The notes beneath the pieces are model-generated. The model did no database searches, had not been told where the DNA came from, and worked only from the letters and a program-made list of their open reading frames with translations. From NCBI GenBank assembly GCA_963823035.1, contig CAWGKG010000014.1, positions 224,001 to 288,000 on the forward strand: a DNA stretch of 64,000 nt, given 5' to 3'. Positions 28,229 to 37,523 of the stretch are shown here, one piece after another (position 1 is the first letter of the stretch; each line of letters opens with the position of its first letter). Both the position numbers and the translations under genes were made by a program. The DNA comes from an uncultured Gemmatimonadales bacterium. GTDB lineage: Bacteria; Gemmatimonadota; Gemmatimonadetes; Longimicrobiales; Gaopeijiaceae.

Positions 28229-28365
28229 CAACTTGTTTGTTACACGGCGTTGTCCACCTCGCGCTCACTCACACCACACTCGTTGAGGAGGCTTCGTAAC
28301 AAGGCCCCCACGAGAGATGAAGCATTCACCAAGACCCGATCAACGTATTCTCTCCCCCGGTCGGA

Positions 28366-29169
28366 TCAGCGCCTTGTTGCCAAATAGCCCTTTGTGAACA
28401 GCAGCACGGCTCCACCCGCCGCGCCGGTGCCGTACAGCAGCGTCGCCTCATTCGGTGTGAGCACGACGATGGCACCCAGGCCTTCGGGGGGCATCGCATA
28501 CACCCCCTCAAGGGAAGTCGGCGTCCCGTCCAGTACCGCCAGCGCACAGGTCGCCCGACCCGGTACCAGCTTCACACAGGCATAAGGCTGCGGAGGTCGC
28601 TTCGACACGGGCAGGTCGTCCGTACGAACCACAGACATACCGGGGATCGACTGCCACTGCAGCACAGAGGCATAGTCCGTGGCATGCGCACGCTTCGCGA
28701 GAGCCACTGGGCCTACGAGTCTCTCCCCAAGCTCCTCGGCATGGACGCCAAACCTCTTGAGATCGTCTCTGATCCAGTCGAGCGCCCGCGCTTCGACTGT
28801 CATTCCCTCCAACTCGATGGGGTCGGGCGGCAACTCGAAATCCGCCTTCAGCGTCTTGCCCTCCTCCAAGAGCATGAGCGGCGAGACGAGGGCTCGGTAA
28901 CCCATCGCGTCAACCTTGATGACGTACGGTCGTCCGTCAGGGGCTGTCACGAGGTAAAACCCCGCCGAATCAGATACAGCCGACGCGGCTCCCTTTCCCT
29001 TTTCAGTCAACAACTTCACTTCCGCCCCAATGATCGGGCGTTGTGACACACCGTCGGTCACCCGCCCTTGCACTGATTGGCCCTCGACCGTACGGGGCAG
29101 AAAGCAGCCGATCACCGTGGCTAGCTGAAAGACCACAGAAGCCGTGGCTCTAAGGGATTGTCGAATCAT
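28366..29169 (-). CDS. Secreted carboxypeptidase-regulatory-like domain + TonB plug-like protein (cassette gene)
   Basis: Signal peptide, VQGRVTD...PI.GAEV.L, SDSAGFY, PIELEGMTVEA, C-terminal LYGTGAAGGAVLLFTK. Confidence 0.85.
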   Translation of the reverse strand: MIRQSLRATASVVFQLATVIGCFLPRTVEGQSVQGRVTDGVSQRPIIGAEVKLLTEKGKGAASAVSDSAGFYLVTAPDGRPYVIKVDAMGYRALVSPLMLLEEGKTLKADFELPPDPIELEGMTVEARALDWIRDDLKRFGVHAEELGERLVGPVALAKRAHATDYASVLQWQSIPGMSVVRTDDLPVSKRPPQPYACVKLVPGRATCALAVLDGTPTSLEGVYAMPPEGLGAIVVLTPNEATLLYGTGAAGGAVLLFTKGYLATRR

Positions 29170-29451
29170 CTGTTATCCCCCCGAGTGTCAGCCAGCTGGA
29201 GGTCACTGCACAAGCAGGCGATGCGCCCCGGATCGCTCTCTACGTACGCTGCCATTCAGCCTCGCTTGCATCCACAGAGGCGCATTCTATCTCGCAATGT
29301 GAACGACTTGGCAGGCGTTCTCGTCCATGACAATGCCGTGTAACGTCCTATTGCCGAACACCCTCCCCATCCCCACCCCGCCCTTCCCCGCCACCACGTT
29401 CGCAATCCCAACGCCGGGCCCGCGATATCCGAATCAACCGGCAGGTCCTGG

Positions 29452-29490
29452 AAACACAAAGCGGCCCGACGATGACTCGTGTCGGGCCGC
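29452..29490 (-). terminator. Rho-independent terminator downstream of nrdJ
   Basis: Minus strand GCGGCCCGAC-ACGAGTCATC-GTCGGGCCGC followed by TTTGTGTTT. Confidence 0.75.
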
Positions 29491-29617
29491 TGACCATTGT
29501 CCGCTGCTGATTCCGCGCGCGAGCCAAGTGCGATGGCTCAAGATCCGGTGGTCTGGCTTTGAACGCTGGCTCTTCTCCGATGGACCGTTGACTATTCCGC
29601 AACCACAAGTCAGCGCC

Positions 29618-32600
29618 TCACCCGCACTCGCTGTACCCGCAGATGTGGCACTTCATGCACCCCTCCTCGTACGCCATCTGCCCACCCCCGCACTCGGGGC
29701 AGGCCCCGATGAAGCTCTGCTGCTGGATGCGGTGGTACGTGGAGGCGGGCTGGATCTGCGGGCCGGTGGGCGCCGGCGTGTGCAGGGTGAGCGGCAGGTC
29801 CTCCTGCACGCCCTCCTTCTCCTCGAGGTAGCGCTCGATGGCCTGGCCCACGGCGTCGGGCGCGGACAGCACCTTGTTGGGGCCGACGCCCGACGGCGCG
29901 GTCGCAGGAGATGCCGCGGAGCTGGTCCTTGATGCGCGCGATGGGGATGCCGGAGCGGAGCGCCAGCGAGACGAGGCGGCCGATCGCCTCGGCGTCCGCC
30001 ATGGCGGCGCCGCCGGCCTTGCCGAGCGTGCAGAACACCTCGAACGGACGGCCGTGGTCGTCCTCGTTGATCGTCACGTACAGGTCGCCGAGCGGCGACA
30101 TCATCTTCATGGTGTAGCCGCGTAGCGCCTGCGGGCGCTGCCGCTTGTTCCGCGCCGCGCCGGCCGTGACGTCGCGCTGGTGCAGCTCGCCCTTCAGGCG
30201 CTCCACCTCTACGCGCAGGTTGTGCGCCTCCTCGCGCGCGTCGGCCAGGCTGCTGCTCGAGCTCCGAGACCTGCGCCTGCACCTCGGGCGTGGCGGTTTG
30301 GCCTGTCTTCCCGGTGGAGAGCACCTGGCCCTGCCGCGAGCCGTCGCGGTAGACGGTCACGCCCTTGCAGCCGAGCTCGAAGGCCAGCTCGTAGATCTCG
30401 CGCACCTGCTCCTCGGTGGCCTCGTGCGGGAAGTTCGTGGTCTTGCTGATGGCCGAGTCGCAGTGCTCCTGGAAGGCGGCCTGCATGCGCACGTGCCACT
30501 CGGGCGTGATGTCGTGCGCCGTGCGGAACACGCGCTGCACGTCCTCGGGCACCTCCGGGAAGTGGATGTGGCCCTCCGTGGCGATGCCCTCCATGAGCTC
30601 CTCGGAGTACCACCCCTGCTCCTTGGCGATGCGCACGAAGTCGGGGTTGACGTCGGGCATGAGCGAGCCCGCCTGGTTGCGCATGAACGCGACGGCGAAC
30701 AGCGGCTCGATGCCGCCGGAGCAGCCGGCGAAGATCGAGATCGTACCGGTGGGGGCGACGGTGGTCAGGTTGCAGTTCCTGAGCTCGCGCTCGGGGCGCA
30801 CGCGCGTCCCGTCCGGACGGGTCGCGGCCTTCCCCTCGGGGCCCCAGATCGAAGCCTCCCACGCGGGGAAGACGCCCCGCGTCTCGGCCAGCCGCTCGGA
30901 GGCCGCGCGCGCCTCCTCGTTCACGAACTGCATCACGCGCCGGCCCATCTCCACACCGTCCTCGGAGTCGTAGGGGATGCCGAGGCGCACGAGCATGTCG
31001 GCCCACCCCATCACGCCGAGGCCGACGCGGCGGATGGTCTGCGCGAGGTTGTGGATCTCGTCGAGCGGGTAGCGGTTGGCGTCGATGACGTTGTCGAGGA
31101 AGTGCGTCGACAGGTGGATCACCTGACGCAGCGCGTCCCAATCGACCGCCTCCTCGGGGTCGTCCCCGGGGTGCGCGTCGGCCTTCACGAACTGGCCGAG
31201 ATTGATGCTTCCGAGGTTGCAGACGTCGTAGGGAAGCAAGGGTTGTTCGCCGCAATTGTGCTGTCACCAAAGCATTTACGACGATCGAGTGGGTGTGGAA
31301 CTCGGTCGTGCAGTACACGTCCTCGCTGCCCGCCGGCTCGATCGAAGCCACCTGCGTGACATAGCGCTCGCGGTTCGAGCGGCTGCGTCTTCGTCGGCGA
31401 TGGAAGGCCTCGGCCTTCTCCTGCTTCGCGGCGCGTGAGGAAGCCGATCTCGCGCAGATGAAGCGATCGCGGTTGATCTTGTCGAGGATGAGCTCGTACT
31501 GCGCGCGGTAGGCATACTCCTTCATGCCGCCGTGGCCGTCGGGCATCGCCTTGGTACCGGCCTCCCGACGCAGCCGGATGCGGCCCGAGATCCCGAAGTT
31601 GTGCAGGAGGATCTGGACCTCCCGCAGGAGCTCGGGCTCACTGCTGGCGAGGCGCACCGTGCAACGTGTGGCGCGTTGACGCTGGAGATGTTCACCGTCC
31701 CGTCGGCGGTGAACAGGCCCTGCAGGAAGCCGACGACGGCGTCGCGGGGCGCGCTCCACAGGGCGCGCGGGACGCGGCTGGACTTCCCGTCTTCCGTGAC
31801 CAGGCCGAGCGACTCGAGGAAGTAGTAGAGACCCGAGCGGAAGATGAGCTGCACGCGACCCTGCCGCTCCGTGCGGTTCCCCTTCATGCCGGTCCAGCGC
31901 CGGATGCGCGCCCGGAACTCGGGCTCGAGCTCACGCTCCGCGTCGCCGAAGAGGAGGCCGACCGGGTAGTTCGGCACCGTGCGACCTTCGGGCAGCTCCT
32001 GCGTGACCCACCCGTCGCCCACGACCCAGCCGAGGAGCTGACCGAGCTCCTGCGACCACTCCCGCGGCAGCTCCGCTTCGCCGCGCTCGACGCGGGCGGC
32101 GAGCTTGTCCGTTGGCTCGAAGGGGGGGAGCGCGCGCTGGCGGCTCCAGGGGCCCTCACCGGACTGGACGAGCAGGCGGTCGCCGGGGCGGAGGTCGTCG
32201 AGCTCGACGGGTCCGCGCGGCGTGAAGAACTTGTGGTTGCCGGTGGCGACGATCTCGTGCCCGTGCGTGGTGGTGAGCCGGAAGACCTCCGCGTTCTCAC
32301 GCGTCTTGAAGACGGGCACGGCCGGGAAGACCGTGATCCCGGTCCGTGCGCGCACCGCGACGCCGCCACCCCCGTGCTCACGCGCGAAGGCCACCGCGCG
32401 GGCGTGCGGCACGCGGTTGTCGGTCGCCACCTGGATCTCCATCGTGTCGCGGCAGAGCTCCTCCATGGTGAGGAGGCCGCGGTCGGTCGCCAGCCTGGTG
32501 GAGCCCACCACACAGGGGTTCGTGGCCTCGTAGCTCCCCAGCGCGGGCACGGGGTTGAACTCGTTCGCGCGGTCGATGAAGAACGTGCCGGGCTCCCCGG

Positions 32601-33417
32601 TCAGCCACGCGCCGTGCACGATCATGTCGAAGATGTCGCGCGCGTTCTCCTGCCCCGCCACCGCACCGTTCCGGGGGTCGACCAGGTCGTAGCTCTCCCC
32701 CTTCGTCACCGCCTCCATGAACGCGTCGGTGATGGCCACCGAGATGTTGAAGTTGGTGACCTGCGTCGTGTCGTTCTTGCAGTTGATGAAACGGCGGATG
32801 TCGGGGTGGTCGACGCGCAGGATCCCCATGTTGGCGCCGCGCCGCGTCCCGCCCTGCTTCACGACCTCGGTGCTGGCGTCGTACAGCTTCATGAACGACA
32901 CCGGCCCGGACGCCACGCCCATCGTGGAGCGCACGGTGTCGCCCTCGGGGCGGAGGCGGGAGAAGGAGAAGCCCGTGCCGCCACCGCTCTGGTGCACGAG
33001 CGCCATGGCCTTGAGGGTGTCGTAGATGCCGCTGTGGCCGTTGGAGAGCGCGTCTGCGACGGGAAGCACGAAGCAGGCGGACAGCTGCCCCAGCGGACGG
33101 CCCGCGTTCATGAGCGTGGGCGAGTTGGGCTCGAACCTGCCGTTGATCATGAGGTCGTAGAACTGACGCGCGACCTCGCCCACGGCGGCCTCGGACGCCC
33201 CGTAGTCCGCGTCCACGTCGGCGATGGTCTTGGCGACCCGCCAGAACATCGTCTCGGGACCCTCGGTGGGGGTGCCCTCGGCGTCCTTCTTCAGGTACCG
33301 CTTGCCCAGCACGATACGCGCGTTCTCGGTGAGCTCCGCCGCGGGGACGTCCTCGGGAAGGACGTCGTCGAAGATCTTCGAATCGCGGGGCGGGCGGGGC
33401 TCATGGACGCGCGGCAT
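29618..33417 (-). CDS. nrdJ: Class II (adenosylcobalamin-dependent) ribonucleotide reductase, intein-containing, several frameshifts in this sequence
   Basis: PNSPTLMNAG, QLSACFV, QGGTRRGANM, ATNP|CGEQPLLPYDVCNLGS, TVAPTGTIS, SKTTN, KGVTVYRDGSR; C-terminal TSCPD-like domain and CPECG..CHICGYSEC. Assembled from five ORF pieces. Confidence 0.93.
31255..32514 (-). mobile_element. Intein with LAGLIDADG homing endonuclease in nrdJ
   Basis: Begins CVVGSTRLATDRG after NP; block B ATGNHKF; LLGWVVGDG and FLQGLFTADG; block F/G EDVYC...HSIVVNALVT then extein CGEQP; internal indels. Confidence 0.93.
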
Positions 33418-33551
33418 CGGCGGGGACTCCTGTGGACAAAATCGTTGAAAACGCGTGCAAATCAGGTTGAAAAGCGGCGGGAGATGGCTCCCGCCGCGCG
33501 TATGCCTGTGGAAAGTCCTGGGAGGGACCTACGATAGGTTGAGGCGGACCC

Positions 33552-33596
33552 ATATTAGGACCACCACATGTAGGGGTCAAGCACAAAATCCAGGGC
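33552..33596 (-). promoter_or_regulatory. Putative sigma70 promoter of nrdJ with NrdR-box-like palindromes
   Basis: Minus strand TTGACC (33580-33575), 17 bp, TAATAT (33557-33552). CCACCACATGTAGGGG (33561-33576) and GCACAAAATCCAGGGC (33581-33596) resemble the NrdR box acaCwAtATaTwGtgt. Confidence 0.6.
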
Positions 33597-33721
33597 CGGA
33601 ACGGGTCGATTTCCGGAAGTCCCTGTGACGCGGGGATCTCCGGGATCCGACCCTTTCTGTTACACTGGCGGAGGCCGAAAAGTTTCGGTCTCTCTTCGGG
33701 TCATGGGACGCGCAGGGGACC

Positions 33722-36700
33722 TCAGAAGGGGAGTCCGAGGCGCACGTAGAAGGTCGGGCCGTCCCCCTCGACGAAGGGGTACGCGCCTCCCACGCGGACG
33801 TCCAGCGAGGCGGACCAGAAGGCGAGGAAGCCCGTCGTGAGCTCCGCTCCGGCCGACACGAGCGTGGATCTCCTCGAGTTCTGGAACCCGGTGATGCCCT
33901 CCTCGGGACCCCACGCGTTGCCGGCGTCGACGAAGAGCGCCCCCAGGATCCGGTCGGCGTCGAGCGGCCAGGCGCCGAGTCCGCCGTTGAGCACGGCCAG
34001 CGGGAAGCGGTACTCGCCCGAGGCGCTCCAGGCGAAGCGGCCGAAGCGCGTGACCTCGGGGTAGCCGCGCACGGGGAAGAAGAGCGACTTCCCGCCGAAG
34101 AGCGCGAGGCCGGTGATCGCCTCGCGCGTTCCGGACGCGCCGCCCACCTCGTAGGTGCCGGCGTTGGCGCCGGGTCCGCGCGCAGCGCCCCCGCTCACGC
34201 GCACGGCGAGCACGTGGGAAGCGTAGCCGGGCCCGCCGATCGCCTTGAAGGCGCGGAGCTGCCCCTGGACCTCGTCGAGCGAGAAGTCCGACCCCAGCAC
34301 GCCGGTGAGGGAGTCGGGCAGCTGGAGCTGCGCCTTGGTGCGCGCCCTCAGGATGAGGTTCGTCCCGGCCGATGCCCCGACCTGGTAGCCGAAGCTCCGC
34401 GCCGACGAGTAGGAGAGCGTGACCCGCAGGTCGCGGAAGCGCGTCTCCGCGCGCGTGAGCCGGTAGGCGGTGGACGGCTCGAGGAAGTTGTCCAGCAGCT
34501 CGTTGTGCTCCCAGGTCATCCCGCCGCTCAGCGTGAGGCCGAGCGCGTGCCGCCACCGAGCGCGCAAGAGCGTGACGCCGGCGCTCACGCCCCGCGTGCG
34601 TTGCAGCACGAAGAGCGTGTCCAACGGCGCGCCCTCCTCGGCCCGGGCCAGGCGCACCCCGTCGTCGTCCCAGAACTGGCTGGCCGAGATCCCGAAGATC
34701 GGGTTGCCGAGCCCGAGGAAGTCGTACGCCGCGCCCCAGTCCCACAGCCCGCCGTGGGTCCCGGTGGAGACCCGCCCGAAGAGATCGTAGTCGTGCCGGC
34801 CCACCAGGTCGTAGCCCGACGTGTGCACGCCCACCGTCGGCCCGATGACCTCACGCCCCGGGATCACCAGCGACGAGGTGCTGACCGTGCCGGTGCGGGT
34901 ACCGGAGCCGAATTGGGGCTCCCAGTAGGTCGGGAGGAGCGTCGGGAAGGGGGAATAGCCCTTCACGTCTCCGTCGGCATGGGCCTCCTGAAGCGCCACC
35001 GGCCGGGGCGGCGCATCGAAGCGGGCCGACGCCGGCGAGGCGGCGGGCCAACCGTCCGGAGCGAAGGGCGCGCGCTCGACGTCCCACCCGTACGCATGAT
35101 ATCCGCTGAAGTAGACCCAGCGTCCCTGCGGATCCACCGTCGGGTAGGCCGCGCCCGTGAGCACGTCGGTGACCCGGCGTGCCTCCCCCACCCTCCCCGT
35201 GCCCGGGTCCACCTCCGCGGCGAGGATGTTGGGGATGCCGGAGCGGTCCGAGGACCAGAGCAGCCAGCGCCCGTCCGGGCTCCACGTGGGCGCGAGGTCC
35301 ACCGCGCGGTCGTCCGTGACCTGGACGGCCTGTCGACCCGTGGCGACGTCGAGCACCACCACGTCCAGGTGCGCGCCCGGCAGCCAACGCGACACCGCCA
35401 CCCATCGCCCGTCCGGCGACAGGTGCGGGAAGGCCCAGTGCACGTCGCGCGCGGACTCCACGATCGTGCGCACCGCGCCGCTGGCCAGGTCCACCCGTAC
35501 GATCGCGTTCGTGCCGAGCGTATCCTGGATCGCGACCGCCCAGCTCCCGTCGGAGGAGACGCTCGGCTGGCTCAGGCGCTCGCCGCGCGTGAGCCGGTGC
35601 GTGGAGCCGTTGGCGTCCACGCGATAGAGGTCGTCGTACAGGCGGTAGGGGTCCTGCAGCTCGAGCTGCGCGAACACGATGCCGCCGTCGGGCGTCCAAT
35701 CGAAGGTCGACACGCCGTTGGTGCGCGACAGCTCCTTCCCGCCCTTCGCGTCCCGACCCGGCGACGCGGAGCTGCGCGTCCGAGCGCCCGTCCGCCCTCG
35801 CGTAGGCGAGCCGGCTTCCGTCGTCGGACAGGCGGGGGTAGAGCGCGACGCGGGCGCCCTCGGTGAGCCGCTCGGGCGCCGGGGGTGTGGGCCTGGCGTC
35901 GCGCGCCGCCCGGGCCGAGTCCGCCTCGGCGTCCACCTGGCGCCGCCACGCGTCCCACTCCTCGGAGAGCGTGTGCCCGAAGGCCTTGTGGGCGGCGGCG
36001 TCCAGCCGGTAGGGAACGAGCTGCCCGGCCACCGCTTCGGCGAAGGCGCCCATGCGGTCGGTGCCGTACTTGTCGAGGAGATGCTCGAAGAAGAGCGATC
36101 CGAACGCGTAGGCGCGGTTGCCCCCCGGCCAGATGGGCGAGTCGCCGGAAGCCCGCCCGAGCCCCGGGAAGCGCCCCTCGATCGCCGCGGTGCGCACGAT
36201 CATGTCGTGGAACGTGCCGTGGATGCGCCCCGCCTCCGAGAAATAGGACTCGTACCAGGTGGCCAGTCCCTCCGTGGTCCAGCGCGGTACGCCGCTGCCC
36301 GGGAAGAAGGGCCACGGCGCGGGCACGCGGCCGAAGATGGCGCGCAGGAAGCGCCCGAGCGGACCGGCGCGATCCAGGTGGAAGATGTGCGACAGCTCGT
36401 GCGTGATCACGAGCTCCATCCAGTCGTCGAAGTAGCCGAGGCCGGGGTCGTCCACGGGCGGGCGGGCGACGATCGTGATGCGGTTCGAGGGCCGCACCTG
36501 CGCGTAGCCGTTGGTGACGTCCGTGTGGTCGGTGAGGAGGATGTCGATGCGCCCGGAGGGCGGCTCGACGAACGACCTCGGACAGCTCCGTCCACGCCCG
36601 TTCGGCGCGCGCGCCGGCTCGGCGCCCCAGCGCTTCGAGGTCGCGGGGGAAGGTGACGCGGAAGTGCTCGGTCTCGAGCGTGGACCAATCCGCGTCGGGC

Positions 36701-36807
36701 GGGACCTGCGCCGCCACGTCGAGGGGATGCAGCATCGCCCCGAGACCCAGGAGGAGCGGCACCGCGCGGCGGCGGGCCCGCTTGAAAAACCCCACGCCCG
36801 TCGCCAC
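33722..36807 (-). CDS. Outer-membrane protein: zinc-peptidase-like N-terminus + PD40/TolB propeller + BamA/TamA-like barrel (two frameshifts)
   Basis: W.TLETEHFRV, ITHELSH, PRWTTEGLAT, WSPDG repeats, VRGYP, FVDAGNAW and C-terminal LGLPF; pieces join at about 36570 and 35750. Confidence 0.8.
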
Positions 36808-36845
36808 CGTTCGAACGCCCTCGCCTCGCTGGGATCTCACAGACC

Positions 36846-37523
36846 ATGTCCTCCGATCAGAGCATCTGGTATCGCATCGGCTACGCGCTCGGGCGCGCCC
36901 GAGCCCCATCGCCTTCCGGCACCCGAAAGCTGCCGTCGCTCGCGCAGCGCCGCCGGAGCGAGCCGGCGCCCCCCGACGGCGAGCGTACCCCGCCGCCCGG
37001 TGGCAAGGAGGACCTGCTCGCGTCCGCGGCCGTGGTCGCCCTGGGCAAGCTCCTGGACGGCTGGCGCCCGCGGCATCCATCGGGTGTGCTGCGACTGCTG
37101 CGCGCGGGCGCGTCCGGTGCGGTCGCGGCCCTCGTCGTCGAGCTGCTCCGGCCGCTCCTGACCGGGGACCCGGGCGTCCGATCGCTCGACGACGAGACCG
37201 TCGACCGCCTTCTCGCGGGCGCGGGCCAGGGGCTCGTCTACGGCGCGGTGGTGGAGCCCCGCTTGTTCGGCCCCGACTTCCTCAAGGGTACGCTGTACGG
37301 CACCGCCGAGTACGCGATGCACCCGATGGGCGGTCTCTACCGCATGCTCGGCTCGCACGCCCCCCTGCGCCGCATCCCCGGCGTGGGAAGCCTGCTCGGG
37401 GAGCTGGACGCGCACGACCGCGCCTATCTCGAGCACGTGACCTTCGGCATCGCGCTGGCCCTCCTCTACGGCACCGAATCGAGATCGCGCAGCAACGGGA
37501 TCGTCGCCGCCGAGGACGAATAG
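36846..37523 (+). CDS. Hypothetical membrane-associated protein
   Basis: 225 aa with host-like codon usage and hydrophobic segments. Confidence 0.7.
   Translation: MSSDQSIWYRIGYALGRARAPSPSGTRKLPSLAQRRRSEPAPPDGERTPPPGGKEDLLASAAVVALGKLLDGWRPRHPSGVLRLLRAGASGAVAALVVELLRPLLTGDPGVRSLDDETVDRLLAGAGQGLVYGAVVEPRLFGPDFLKGTLYGTAEYAMHPMGGLYRMLGSHAPLRRIPGVGSLLGELDAHDRAYLEHVTFGIALALLYGTESRSRSNGIVAAEDE

Larger units (their letters stand above)
26045..28245 (-). repeat. attC-like site D (158 bp when rejoined), split by the group II intron
   Basis: Left arm 28245-28229 GTGTAAC-AAAC-AAGTTG plus right part 26185-26045 CG-CCT-ACGCCG...CGGCGT-CGCAACTT-TAGAAC-GTTATCG. Rejoining restores a perfect AAGTTGCG/CGCAACTT pair. 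Confidence 0.85.
21992..29344 (-). mobile_element. Integron-like gene-cassette array without intI (CALIN-like), five cassettes
   Basis: Visibly lower GC; single genes separated by AAC...hairpin...GTT sites; the core at each cassette start is complementary to the core at its end. Confidence 0.85.

Noticed and set aside
30240..30270. Programmed frameshifting in nrdJ or other split genes
   Set aside because: No consistent slippery sites; the indels are numerous and in both directions, which fits sequencing error.
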